A stretch of DNA of 64,000 nucleotides from a virus. The notes under the pieces are model-generated. The model was not told the DNA's origin. It saw nothing but the letters and a program-made list of their open reading frames with translations, and searched no databases. Of this stretch, positions 54,700 through 64,000 are shown piece by piece. The stretch is taken from positions 1-64,000 of the IMG/VR virus record IMGVR_UViG_3300044940_000144; one strand, written 5' to 3'. The translations under genes and the position numbers were made by a program. Position 1 is the stretch's first letter, and the number at the start of each line of letters is the position of its first letter.

Positions 54700-55434
54700 C
54701 TACTTGGTGAGCTTCAAGACCTTCTTGGCGTCCGGGATGGTCGCCTTCGGCGTCCACTTGATGCCGTTCATCTTGGCGATCTCCTTGGCGCGCGACGGGG
54801 TGCCGAAAAAGCGATAGGAGACATCGAAAAGATCCTCCCCGGAGCGCGGCTTGTAGGTCTTGGGCAGCTTCTCATAGCGGACCCCGGCCTTGACCGTCAG
54901 CTTCTGCTTGCGCCACTCGGTGAACGTGATCGAGAACAGGCGGTGGTGCGGACGACCCGGCGCCTCCGACCAGGCAAAGCTTGTGATCGCCACCGGCAGG
55001 TTGACGATCAGATGGTCGATGCTCAAAAGCACCACGTCCTGGGAGACGTGCAGGTTGGTGAGCACCTTCACGTATGCGTCCGCATCCTTGAGCATGAAGC
55101 TGGCATCCGGGATGCCGACGCAAACGTGCTTGTCGTACCAGGAAGGAAAGAATCCCTGCATGCTCACCTGGGCGAGCCCACGCCCCGCCGGGTGGATGAC
55201 ATCCCCGAAGCCCACGATCGAGACGGTGTTCCACTTGCCCGACGGCGTGAACTCGTACGACTCCGGCGGCACCGGGAACCAGATGCCGGTGGGCGCGATC
55301 GACGCCTTGGAGCGCGTGACGTTCGCATCGGCACGCAGATAGACCGCCCGCCCCTCCGGCGTGACGTTCTTGCTCTTGATCGACCCTCCGTACTCGGAGA
55401 CCTCGAAGGTGCGCACGGAGTAGTTGGTGCTCAT
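54700..55434 (-). CDS. XkdP-like tail tube initiator with LysM
   Basis: PVPPE, GFFP; C-terminal Y..GEDL..IAKMN. Confidence 0.75.
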   Translation of the reverse strand: MSTNYSVRTFEVSEYGGSIKSKNVTPEGRAVYLRADANVTRSKASIAPTGIWFPVPPESYEFTPSGKWNTVSIVGFGDVIHPAGRGLAQVSMQGFFPSWYDKHVCVGIPDASFMLKDADAYVKVLTNLHVSQDVVLLSIDHLIVNLPVAITSFAWSEAPGRPHHRLFSITFTEWRKQKLTVKAGVRYEKLPKTYKPRSGEDLFDVSYRFFGTPSRAKEIAKMNGIKWTPKATIPDAKKVLKLTK

Positions 55435-58253
55435 GCGTACATCCCGGTCATGTCCACGTGCGGGGTGTTGGCGAGCCCCCTCTTGATGGCGTCCTCGATC
55501 TTGGCGACGAACGAGTCCATGTCGTCGCCCGACGAGATGGTGACATCACCGAAGTTGATGGTAACGCTGGCACCACCGGTAGAGCTTGACGCACCGATGC
55601 GACGCAGGATTGATTCGCGCTGCTGGGCATATCCCGGCCCGAGCGGCACGATCGCCTCGGGGCCACGCTCGGCGAAAACCGCCAAGGACGGCGACGTGTA
55701 GATACCGCCGGTCGCTTTACGATCCGGTTTGGCGCTCTTGCCGAAAAACCAACCGCCTACGCTGCTCGTCGCGAAGTTGCTCAGGTTCTGGATGAGCAGC
55801 TGGACCGCGGATCTGGCCTTGCCGATGGCCCCGAGAACGTTCGCCTTCCACTCGCTCATGTCCGGAGGACGCATTTTCCCGCTCAATATCTTGTTCAGGG
55901 CGTCAACCTTCTCCTTCGCGGTGAGGTTCGTGTTTTGGAGAACCTGGCTGATCTGCCTGGAGTACCTTCTCAGGTTGGGAGTGTTTTTGAGCGCCCTCCC
56001 AAGAGTCTCCACCAGATCCTTGGCAGGCGCCTTGGAGTCCTTGAGGACCTTCATCATCAGCAAAAACTCGCGGCGCTGCCGGGCCGAGAGGTTCACGTTT
56101 CTCAGCAAAGCGATCCCCTGTGCCGACAGCTCAGTGCGCAGGTTGGCGATCTTCTTGTCGCCTTCTTTGCCCCCGAGCGCGTACCACGCCCCACCAAGGG
56201 CCTTTTTGCGCTCCTCAAGCTTCTGAAGCTGCTCCGCGGTGTGCATCATCGGGAGAAGGCTGACGCTATTGGCGAGCCTCGCCTCACGCACCGCCCGGCG
56301 GGAACGCGCACGTTGCCTGCTGCGGTCCTCCAGTGCATTCCGCAGATCCATTTCCGCCTGGCGCACATCAAGGCTTGCCTGTTTCCATTCGAACGTGCCC
56401 TTTTTGGCCTGGCGCAAGCGCAAGCGGGCCTGCTGCAGGTTCAGTTGTGCCTGATCCGCCGCCAGCTCGGAGCGCTCAAGTCCGCGGCGCGCCGCAGACA
56501 GATTGCGAGCCGCATCGGCGGCACGATCCATCGCTTCCTTGTTGCGCTTGAGCGCCGCAGTGTGGCGCTCTTCCTCGCTTACGCCGTTTTTCAGCCACTT
56601 GACGAGCCGGTAGATGCCGTACCCGAGCCCGACCGCCGCCGTGACGGCAAGCGCCATCCACCCCGCGGGGTTGGTTGCCGCCGCGGCCAGAGAGGCGGTG
56701 CTGAACAGCCCCATCGACGTCGCCGCCCGTGCGAGCGCCGGGGCCAGATTGATCAGCAGCACCGCCGCCAGGGTCTTGATCCCGGCAGTGACGATGGGGA
56801 GGATCCCCATCGCCTTGAACGCAAGACCGAACCCGATGACCACCGCCGTGGCCTTGCGGATCGGGTAGGGCAGCGCGTTGAAAGCGCCCATGATCGCGTT
56901 GAGCGAGTCGATGATGAACCCCGCCACCTCGCGCCACGGGGGCAGGAACGTGATCGCCAGCTCGCCGATGTTGCGCATCGTCTCGTCCAGGCGCGGGCCG
57001 ATCACCTGGTTGACGGCGACCGCGTAGTCGGCCAGGTATCCACCGGCGGTCCTCAGCGAGTCGATCACGGGCGCGATGTCCACCGACTTGCCGATGCGGA
57101 TCAGCCCGTGCCAGGCATCCCGGATCAGGCCACCGATCAGCTTCAGCGTCGGGATCGTCCCGACGAACTTCTGGCGAAGCCCCTCGATGTTCTGCTCGGC
57201 CCGGTTGGCGATGCCATTGGTCCACGACTCGAAGATCTTCGCCATCCAGAGCCCGAGCGGCTGCGCAGCCAGCGTCACCGCCTGAAGCCACCGGAAAAGA
57301 TTCCCGAACGAGTTGCCGATCGACTCCAGGATCGGCACCCATCCCACCATCAGGCGCCGCATCATGAGAATCTGGGTGGGGCGCTCAAAAAACTGGGCGA
57401 TGGCGTTGCCCTGACGCTCGAACATGGCCGCGAACGGCTTGAAGGCCGGTGCGACTCCCCGGAGCGCAGCACGAGCCGACTTGACCATGTTCACCGAGAA
57501 GCTGCCGATGACCTCGCGCAAGGGGGCCGACGCCTTGGTCCACTCGGCAGCAAGAGCTTTTGTCTGGGCGATCAGCTGCCTTTGGATGGGAGAAAGCTTC
57601 TTCTGGGCCTCAGCCAGCTGCTCAAGCGCTTTTGCGCGCTCGGCGGCCGTGTCGGCCTCGGCCAGGGCTTTCTCGGCCTTTTTGATCTCCTGGTAGCCCT
57701 CGATGGTCTTTTTGAAGAACGGGATGGCCGTGCCGAGCATCAACCCGAACCCGCTTGCAACGGCCCCCATGATCGGCAGCAGCCCACCCATCGCCACGCC
57801 CAGCTGGGTGGCCAGCGGGATCGCCGCGCTCAGATAAGGGATCGCCAGCGAGGCCATCCCGGTGACACCGATGGCTGCGGCCGAGATCGACGGTCGCACG
57901 ACCATCGTCTTGTTCGCGCGCTCAAGCGCCCTTTGCTTGACGGCAAGGCCCGCCAGCGCCCGCTCGGCCGGGCGGGTGTTGGCATCGATGTGGATCGTCG
58001 CCCTGGACTTGTCGATCGCCTCGATTTCGGCTCTCACCCGGCGAAGATCGGCCTCGGCCTTTTTCGTCTGGGCATAGATCTTCGGGCTCGCAGTCGACCT
58101 GTCGAGCATCTGCAAGTGACGCTCAAGGTCGTTGACCTCGCGCGTGAGCTTTCTGACGTCCCTTTCGGTCTTTCTCGTCTCCACCTGGACAGTCCGCAGC
58201 GGGCGCGAGAACTGGTCGTGGAGCTTGAGGAAGGCTTCGAGAACGTTCGCCAC
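55431..58253 (-). CDS. Tape measure protein
   Basis: 940 aa helical Ala-rich; ATGG..ERGPEAIVPL; position after chaperones. Confidence 0.92.
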   Translation of the reverse strand: MANVLEAFLKLHDQFSRPLRTVQVETRKTERDVRKLTREVNDLERHLQMLDRSTASPKIYAQTKKAEADLRRVRAEIEAIDKSRATIHIDANTRPAERALAGLAVKQRALERANKTMVVRPSISAAAIGVTGMASLAIPYLSAAIPLATQLGVAMGGLLPIMGAVASGFGLMLGTAIPFFKKTIEGYQEIKKAEKALAEADTAAERAKALEQLAEAQKKLSPIQRQLIAQTKALAAEWTKASAPLREVIGSFSVNMVKSARAALRGVAPAFKPFAAMFERQGNAIAQFFERPTQILMMRRLMVGWVPILESIGNSFGNLFRWLQAVTLAAQPLGLWMAKIFESWTNGIANRAEQNIEGLRQKFVGTIPTLKLIGGLIRDAWHGLIRIGKSVDIAPVIDSLRTAGGYLADYAVAVNQVIGPRLDETMRNIGELAITFLPPWREVAGFIIDSLNAIMGAFNALPYPIRKATAVVIGFGLAFKAMGILPIVTAGIKTLAAVLLINLAPALARAATSMGLFSTASLAAAATNPAGWMALAVTAAVGLGYGIYRLVKWLKNGVSEEERHTAALKRNKEAMDRAADAARNLSAARRGLERSELAADQAQLNLQQARLRLRQAKKGTFEWKQASLDVRQAEMDLRNALEDRSRQRARSRRAVREARLANSVSLLPMMHTAEQLQKLEERKKALGGAWYALGGKEGDKKIANLRTELSAQGIALLRNVNLSARQRREFLLMMKVLKDSKAPAKDLVETLGRALKNTPNLRRYSRQISQVLQNTNLTAKEKVDALNKILSGKMRPPDMSEWKANVLGAIGKARSAVQLLIQNLSNFATSSVGGWFFGKSAKPDRKATGGIYTSPSLAVFAERGPEAIVPLGPGYAQQRESILRRIGASSSTGGASVTINFGDVTISSGDDMDSFVAKIEDAIKRGLANTPHVDMTGMYA

Positions 58254-58256
58254 TGG

Positions 58257-58493
58257 CTATCCCAATACGGAGGGCTGCTGGCCCAATGATGCCTGGTATA
58301 GGCGTGCATCTTCAGCCCGCAGGTACAGGATCGCGGCGAAAATGAACGCGCGGGCACGTGCGGGATTGGCGGGGGGCGGGATGCTGCCGTCGCTGCGCAT
58401 GTAAGGCAGATTCCATAGCCGCAAGGGATCGACTCCGTATCGGATCCCCTGGGCCAGGATGGCGGCGTTGCCACCCGCCTCGATCAGTTTCCC
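58257..58493 (-). CDS. Tail assembly chaperone, frameshifted extension
   Basis: -1 frame GKLIEAGG.. opens at slippery GGGAAAC (58487-58493). Confidence 0.75.
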   Translation of the reverse strand, partial: GKLIEAGGNAAILAQGIRYGVDPLRLWNLPYMRSDGSIPPPANPARARAFIFAAILYLRAEDARLYQASLGQQPSVLG

Positions 58494-58933
58494 GCGACTC
58501 TCACCGCGTCGTCGGACATGCCGGAGATCTCCATGACGATGTTGGCCAGCTTCGTGATCTCCAGCGGACGCAGCACGGCGCGCAGCGCCATTTCCGCGTT
58601 CTGCCCGCACCCGAAGCGGGCGTGCAGCTTGTCGAGCACCGCCGGGTCGCGCAGGTTCGGATCGATCATCGCCATCGCCACGATGCGGGCCTGCTGGTCG
58701 ATGGTGTTGACCGGAGCGCCCTCTGCTTTGCGCTCCTGGTCGGCCTCGTAGCGGCTCAGGATGTCGTTGATCTCCGACTCATCCAGCTCGCGGATGGTCA
58801 CCGACACGCCCAAAGACTTGATGTGGACCTCACGCGTGTCCTTGGGGCGCTTCGGATCGACCGACAAAAACGCATCGAGGGCCGTGACTTCCTTCTTGAC
58901 GCGCTCGACGACATCGTCGGTCCTGGTGGTCAT
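58484..58933 (-). CDS. Tail assembly chaperone (XkdN-like)
   Basis: P.L.D..L.P.EI..L..ISG; position between tube and TMP. Confidence 0.85.
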   Translation of the reverse strand: MTTRTDDVVERVKKEVTALDAFLSVDPKRPKDTREVHIKSLGVSVTIRELDESEINDILSRYEADQERKAEGAPVNTIDQQARIVAMAMIDPNLRDPAVLDKLHARFGCGQNAEMALRAVLRPLEITKLANIVMEISGMSDDAVRVAGN

Positions 58934-59026
58934 ACTGCCCGCCTTTCTCAGAGGGAAAGCCCGTACGGGCCGATCATCTCACGATCAGCCCGTACAAGCA
59001 TAGGATGCATGTCGGCGAGCAGGAGC

Positions 59027-59524
59027 CTACTGGGTGGGCGCCACCGGATAGTTCGGCGACCCGGCGATCATCGCCAGCTTCGTGATCCCGCGGAACGTGA
59101 AGGCCCAGTCGCGGTTGACCAGGTCGGTGAGCGAGTACCCGCCCTGCATCGACCAGAACTTCACCCCGTCGAGCTGGACCTGCTCGACCCCGTAAGAGAG
59201 CGGGTCGTCCAGGGTGACGGAGATGGTGTGGTGCGGGCGCGGGTTCTGTCCTGCGTCGCGCATCGCGCGAAGCTCGGTGGCCGACTTGGACACATAGTCG
59301 AGGAACATCGACTCGAACGACGAGTACGCCTTGACCGTGCGCAGGGTGCCAGACCCGCGCACCTGGCCCTCGACGAAGCTGATCCAGGCACCGCCCGTGA
59401 TCGGGACGTCCACCTGGTCGATCTCGACCGTAAACTCGATGCCGACGGCCTCGGCGACCACGATGGAGTTGAGGCGGATCTCCCCCCATCGGCCGTGAAC
59501 TCGCTTGACCTCCGGAACTGCCAT
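59027..59524 (-). CDS. Tail tube protein (XkdM-like)
   Basis: G.WG..GSGTL..LDDP..GVKF..FTF. Confidence 0.88.
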   Translation of the reverse strand: MAVPEVKRVHGRWGEIRLNSIVVAEAVGIEFTVEIDQVDVPITGGAWISFVEGQVRGSGTLRTVKAYSSFESMFLDYVSKSATELRAMRDAGQNPRPHHTISVTLDDPLSYGVEQVQLDGVKFWSMQGGYSLTDLVNRDWAFTFRGITKLAMIAGSPNYPVAPTQ

Positions 59525-59537
59525 GGAGATCCCCTCC

Positions 59538-60983
59538 TTACGACGAGATCGTCATGCGCCCGAGGATCTGCTCGATTCCCGGCGCGATGGTCAGCTTGTA
59601 GATCAGGTGCAGCGACTCACCCGTGTTGTTGTAGGAGTCGTCGACATGGACCGACCCCGCACCGGGGGTGAGCACGTTGCGGGCCTCCAAGTCCTTGATC
59701 TTGGCGGCGTACAGACCGAGCAGCGCGTCACGGTCGTTGGGCGTGTTGACGAACTGCCCGGAGGAGATGATGGCCGTGCCGATCTCATCCAGCTCGCGGA
59801 TGGACTGCTGGACCTTGCGCATGAACAGCAGGCTCGCGAACTGGGCCGGGTTGGATTCCGTAGGCGTGGTGAGCGTCGTCTGGCCGCGCTGAAGGCGAAC
59901 CGCGACGCCATCCGACCAGAACGGAACCACCTTGGCGCGCACGGCGGACTCGACGGCCGACGCACTGGGCGGGCTCGTCATCGTCGCCTCGGGGATCTGG
60001 GCGAAGGTGATCGAGCGCTGGTATCCGCAGTTGGCGATGATGCCCGCCACCCGGGCCGTCATGGCGGCCGACGAGTAGCTGGTGCCGTCGATGTTGATGT
60101 CGCCGAAGATGTTGACGACGTACGGTGAGTCCATCGCCTGTGACCGGGCGATCGCATCCGCCACGGTCTCGGATGCGGCACCGCCGACCACCAGGTGGAA
60201 CAGGCGCCCTTCGGTGTTGAGCCGGTTCGCCCAGTCCTTGTAGGTGGCCCTGATGGTGTTGTCGGTGAGCCCGACCGGGGCGATCACGCTGAACTGCCCG
60301 GTCGCCTCGAAGGCGCTCATAGCCGCGACGTGCTCAGCGCTGGTCAGCGACGAGCCGGAGTTGCCGCCCGTCAACGACTGGGTAGTGACCGTCGCAAGCG
60401 CGACGCCATCGGTGACGACCGTGGCCGTGACCAAGTTGGACGTGGCGTTGATCGCCGCCGCCATCGCGGCAATCGAGGACTTGGCCAGGCGCACGTAGGA
60501 CTCGCGCAAGACCGTGCCTTCGTAGATGAGGATGTCCAGGTGGGTCGTCTGGTCCGGCGGTGCCGACGTCTTGACCGTCACCTTGAAGTTGTTGCCGCGC
60601 GTGCCCGTGTACTTGGCGGTCAGCGTCAGCGCGTTGGCGGCGCTCGTGTTGTTGAGGATGATCGACGCCTTCGCAGACGACGAGGTCGCCGCCCGGTACA
60701 CCTTGACGACGCTCGCGCCGGAACGACCGGCGATGCCTTCGCCTCTCAGGGCCTGCTTGATCGCCCAGCTGGCGTTGCCGCCCGTGTGGAAGACCGCAGT
60801 CGCCGCAGTGTCCGAGTCGATATCGACGATCTGGTTTTCCGGACCCCAGTCCGCAGTCACGACAAGACCGACGACCCCGTTGGCATCAGCGGCGACACGC
60901 GGGGTGGCGACGGTGTCGATGTTGATGAAAACGCCCGACCGAACGGGAGGATCGGCCGAGTTCCACGTGCCTCCGTAGGCCAT
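59538..60983 (-). CDS. Tail sheath protein
   Basis: RSGVFIN, DWGP, AKYTGTRGN, LTGG. Confidence 0.92.
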   Translation of the reverse strand: MAYGGTWNSADPPVRSGVFINIDTVATPRVAADANGVVGLVVTADWGPENQIVDIDSDTAATAVFHTGGNASWAIKQALRGEGIAGRSGASVVKVYRAATSSSAKASIILNNTSAANALTLTAKYTGTRGNNFKVTVKTSAPPDQTTHLDILIYEGTVLRESYVRLAKSSIAAMAAAINATSNLVTATVVTDGVALATVTTQSLTGGNSGSSLTSAEHVAAMSAFEATGQFSVIAPVGLTDNTIRATYKDWANRLNTEGRLFHLVVGGAASETVADAIARSQAMDSPYVVNIFGDINIDGTSYSSAAMTARVAGIIANCGYQRSITFAQIPEATMTSPPSASAVESAVRAKVVPFWSDGVAVRLQRGQTTLTTPTESNPAQFASLLFMRKVQQSIRELDEIGTAIISSGQFVNTPNDRDALLGLYAAKIKDLEARNVLTPGAGSVHVDDSYNNTGESLHLIYKLTIAPGIEQILGRMTISS

Positions 60984-61006
60984 ATCGCTTTACTCCCTCG
61001 GTGGTA

Positions 61007-61234
61007 TCAGCCCGCCTGACGGGTCATGAAAGCCTGTATCGCGACCTCGATTTGATCGCGGGTGTAGAGCTCGTCGGGGTTGATGGCGTTCTTGACCACC
61101 TCGGGTGGCAGACCGAACACCGCGTACGACGACTCCGCCCAACGATGCCCTGGAAGCGCGTCGTCGGCAGGCTCCGGAGCCTCGGCGTCTGCGAGAGGCT
61201 CTTCGTCCTGCGTGTTCCTGCGCGTCGGACTCAT
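61007..61234 (-). CDS. Small hypothetical protein
   Basis: ORF; YT..I..F pattern typical before sheath genes. Confidence 0.6.
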   Translation of the reverse strand: MSPTRRNTQDEEPLADAEAPEPADDALPGHRWAESSYAVFGLPPEVVKNAINPDELYTRDQIEVAIQAFMTRQAG

Positions 61235-61788
61235 TCGATCTCCGTCTTTTTGGCGATGCTGGTGACGATGCTGGGACTCGGAAGATCAACCGGAGTGCCC
61301 GTCTGGTACAGGGTAGCCTCACCGAGGCGCACGGAATAGCGCAGTGTGACGGGAACCATCCACTTATTGTCGATATCCGGCATCAGGTCGCCCGACACGC
61401 TGCCCGGGCTGACTTCGATCCCATGGTTGGTGTTGACCAGGTTCGGGGCTTGCGAGAAGTCGTAGATCGTAATGACTCCGCCGCCGAGTGCGCCCTCGCC
61501 GCGCGACAGGACGCGCATCAGCCACGACTGCATCTGGCGCGCTTCGGCCTCGTCGGTTGCACCGTACCAGGTGCACGACAAAGCACGGGTCTTGTCGATC
61601 AGCCTCCGGCCGATGGTGTTCTCAGATGCATCGACGATCCGCAAAACGATCGAAGGGCGCAAGAACGCTCCCTCGCCGCGGTTGATCCGCACTTCTTCTG
61701 GGCAGTCGGGAAATAAGCGCAAGAATCGGCGGACAGAGCGAAGCTCATGCTCGATGTCGTGCTGAGGCCAGGGGCGCAGGATGCCCAA
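61231..61788 (-). CDS. Putative tail terminator
   Basis: Position and F.RP motif. Confidence 0.6.
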   Translation of the reverse strand: MGILRPWPQHDIEHELRSVRRFLRLFPDCPEEVRINRGEGAFLRPSIVLRIVDASENTIGRRLIDKTRALSCTWYGATDEAEARQMQSWLMRVLSRGEGALGGGVITIYDFSQAPNLVNTNHGIEVSPGSVSGDLMPDIDNKWMVPVTLRYSVRLGEATLYQTGTPVDLPSPSIVTSIAKKTEIE

Positions 61789-61904
61789 TCGTCGTCACCG
61801 TCTTCTCATAAGGGTGCGGTCGTAAAACACGCGCCCGTCGTCTGCGATGATCACGTCCGGACAGTCACTGACGTCGCAAGGGATCCAGTACATCATGGGG
61901 GGGG

Positions 61905-62789
61905 TCACTTCCCCTTCTCCAGGAACTGGCTGAACAGCAGGCGATTCATCACCTTCAGCGGGCCGCCGGGCTTCTTTGCGGCCACCAGGACGGGATTTTT
62001 TTTCGTGTTCCATAGCTCGATCTCCACGTCGGTCATTGATGCGATCTCTGGGAAGCTGCGTGCCACGCCGCGGTGCTTTTGGCGAATCAACTCGGCGGGG
62101 ATCACGCGCCCGAAGTCTTCGCCGGGTGTCTTTGCGCGCTCGTCCGCGCGCCTGATGGCTTCGTCGACGTCGACGTCGGCATAGACGATCTTCACGCGGC
62201 GCCCCGCGGCAAGTTCGTCGTTGATCCTGCGGACGAACAATCCATCTTTGTTGTCGCCGCATTGATCGACGATCATGTGGTAGCGGCCCTCACGCCCACG
62301 GGCGCGCAAGAGCTCCAAGACGTCGCTGGACTCGTCGTGCACAAAACCGGCGGCCTTGGGATCACCCGCCTCTTGCAACTTCTGGAACTCCGGGATCTTT
62401 TGCTTGATCTTGTCGGAATCGACCCTGACTGCACCGGGCGGGGCCTCCACGACGCCATTTCTGATTAGCGAGCTTTTCCCGGATCCCGGTCCACCTGCGG
62501 TGAACAGCGTCATGGGCTCCCGCTGGCCGGGTGTTCCTGATACAAGGAACTCCGATACCCATTTCTTGTGCATCTCGGCACGGCTGGGTCGGTAGGCGTA
62601 GCGGCCATCCAGGTCGTCGGAGACGTCATCATAGGTATAGACGCCGTCCGGGTCACCGATGACATGCGCTATCAGGGTGCTGGTTATCTTGCGCCAGCGT
62701 CCTCCGATCGGCGTCCCTTTTGGCCAGCGGGGCTGGTCGGGATCGAACTCGATGAACCGCCTGGCTCGTAGGTACCAGCTACCAGCCAT
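61905..62789 (-). CDS. Zeta-toxin-family P-loop kinase
   Basis: AGGPGSGKS, DSDKIK, VHDESS, GRVIP; N-terminal FDPDQPRWPKG..GGRW. Confidence 0.85.
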   Translation of the reverse strand: MAGSWYLRARRFIEFDPDQPRWPKGTPIGGRWRKITSTLIAHVIGDPDGVYTYDDVSDDLDGRYAYRPSRAEMHKKWVSEFLVSGTPGQREPMTLFTAGGPGSGKSSLIRNGVVEAPPGAVRVDSDKIKQKIPEFQKLQEAGDPKAAGFVHDESSDVLELLRARGREGRYHMIVDQCGDNKDGLFVRRINDELAAGRRVKIVYADVDVDEAIRRADERAKTPGEDFGRVIPAELIRQKHRGVARSFPEIASMTDVEIELWNTKKNPVLVAAKKPGGPLKVMNRLLFSQFLEKGK

Positions 62790-63246
62790 GCTTTCTTACC
62801 CACTTGCGGATCTCGCGTTCGCCGATCCTCGGTAGCTCACGCTGAACCTGGGCGGTGGACTTTGTGAGCATGAACGCGCCTGTGGTTCCAGGATGCATGA
62901 CGCGAGCGGCGAACACCAGGTGGCCGTCAACACGGAAGCGCAGCGCCTTGGCCTTCTTGGGCGTGATTACGTGCGGTGCCGTGTCGTACTCGACGAACTT
63001 TGCGTAGGGCACGCGGGTGTAGATCACCGTGTGTTGACCGGACCGCCGGACCTTCCAGGATCTACGCAAGCGCCCGGGACGGTGGTGGGGGTCATCGGGG
63101 TCGATGTCCGAGACCGGTGTAAGCTGCTTGACCAGCACCAGCCAGCGGCTGCCCACGGCCTTGTGGATGTTGCGGTCAAGCTCGGGGGCGGCGTTGGCCA
63201 GCCGCTGCAGCTTGGACGACAGCTCGCCCCTGACAAATGACGGCAC
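62779..63246 (-). CDS. HK97 gp10-like neck/tail-completion protein
   Basis: TPV..GRLRRSW..YAKFVEYDT.PH.I..HPGT. Confidence 0.85.
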   Translation of the reverse strand: MPSFVRGELSSKLQRLANAAPELDRNIHKAVGSRWLVLVKQLTPVSDIDPDDPHHRPGRLRRSWKVRRSGQHTVIYTRVPYAKFVEYDTAPHVITPKKAKALRFRVDGHLVFAARVMHPGTTGAFMLTKSTAQVQRELPRIGEREIRKWVRKHGW

Positions 63247-63247
63247 G

Positions 63248-63649
63248 TCACCACTCCGTGCGTCGCACGACGGTGGCCACCAAGAGCAGATACGCGCCAA
63301 CGCCATTGCGAGGCGTCATGACCGACAGGACCTCCCAGATTCCCTCGGGAGTGTAGTCCGGTCCTGGCCCCGACTCGATCTCCAGGCGATCCTGTTCGCG
63401 CAAGATCACCTTTTCGCCCGTGAGGTCGGTGAGCTTGGCTGTCAGCTGGCGCCGGTCGGTCAGCTCGTTTTTGTCCTCTTGACGCGACTCGACCGACTCG
63501 TTGGGTGGCAGGCGGCACTTGAACCACGGACCAGTGGTCTCGACGATCTGCGTCTCGCCCTCGATGCGCGGGCCGTGGTCGCGACGGATGACCCGGGCTC
63601 GGTCGATCCAGACGCTTAGATCAAGCGGTGGATCAAGTCGGCTCCACAT
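63248..63649 (-). CDS. Putative head-closure protein
   Basis: Position; FKCRL..DRLEI. Confidence 0.55.
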   Translation of the reverse strand: MWSRLDPPLDLSVWIDRARVIRRDHGPRIEGETQIVETTGPWFKCRLPPNESVESRQEDKNELTDRRQLTAKLTDLTGEKVILREQDRLEIESGPGPDYTPEGIWEVLSVMTPRNGVGAYLLLVATVVRRTEW

Positions 63650-64000
63650 CTAAGGCCTCGGCTTTGCCGTCGAGCACCTGCTGGGCGCGGGCGCGCAGGT
63701 CGTCGGGCATCGCCAGGGCGGCCCGCAACTTCATGAACTCACGCAAGGCCTCAGGGGTGCCTCCGATCGTGATGTAAAAGGAGGACCACCTGCGCGGAAG
63801 CTCCCAGGTGCGGCCCTTGATCCAGTCGGCGTTGTCGCCCTCGTCGATGTAGAGAATCTCTTTCTGGGTCATTCTCCTGACCTTTCCAGTATGCAGGACT
63901 GCCTTCGCAAGCTCGATGGCATCGCCAATGGCGCTCGCCAAGGCCAGCGCCTGGGGGCCCGTGAACGTCATGTCCGCGACATCATTCAGTGGAGATATCC
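63633..64000 (-). CDS. Hypothetical protein (partial), third member of the 'ADxxxTGPQA' family; possible internal start at 63872
   Basis: Frame open to the window end: VADMTFTGPQALALASAIGDAIE. Confidence 0.55.
   Translation of the reverse strand, partial: ISPLNDVADMTFTGPQALALASAIGDAIELAKAVLHTGKVRRMTQKEILYIDEGDNADWIKGRTWELPRRWSSFYITIGGTPEALREFMKLRAALAMPDDLRARAQQVLDGKAEALDVEPT

Noticed and set aside
55935-58289. Long plus-strand ORFs antisense to structural genes (also 50240-52249, 13925-15403)
   Set aside because: Shadow ORFs expected from high-GC codon bias; no motifs

Overview
High-GC phage DNA: most of the genome of a contractile-tailed (PBSX/Xkd-like myovirus) phage, probably of an Actinomycetota host. 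Almost all genes lie on the minus strand. In transcription order from the right end: neck genes with an inserted zeta-toxin-family kinase, then sheath, tube, tail chaperone (with a -1 frameshift), tape measure, baseplate, tail fibres and lysis. Next come recombination/replication genes (ERF, Cas4/RecB-like nuclease, initiator, loader, DUF5664, RusA), a (GCCA)n array and a strong sigmaA-type promoter. These are followed by a ~12 kb putative early region, tRNA-Leu(CAA), an intact tnpB-only IS200/IS605-family element, radical SAM + DUF4417, a split large terminase, an ADP-ribosyltransferase, portal, MuF-like and other head-associated genes, and accessory genes (SLT, HNH, HTHs, two polysaccharide-lyase-like genes, an orphan N6 methyltransferase). 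Major capsid and prohead protease were not seen. The standout is the early region (25.6-34.7 kb). It contains 11 sense-strand hammerhead ribozymes of all three topologies (5 type II, 4 type I, 2 type III), which would cut the transcript into mostly single-gene units led by an AAGGGGG RBS. One has a flipped core base pair and a covarying pseudoknot. Other intergenic slots in this region hold unexplained structured RNAs. Fragments of the tnpB element's left end also appear reused at two other loci. All calls are by-eye motif recognition; no searches or folding programs were run.
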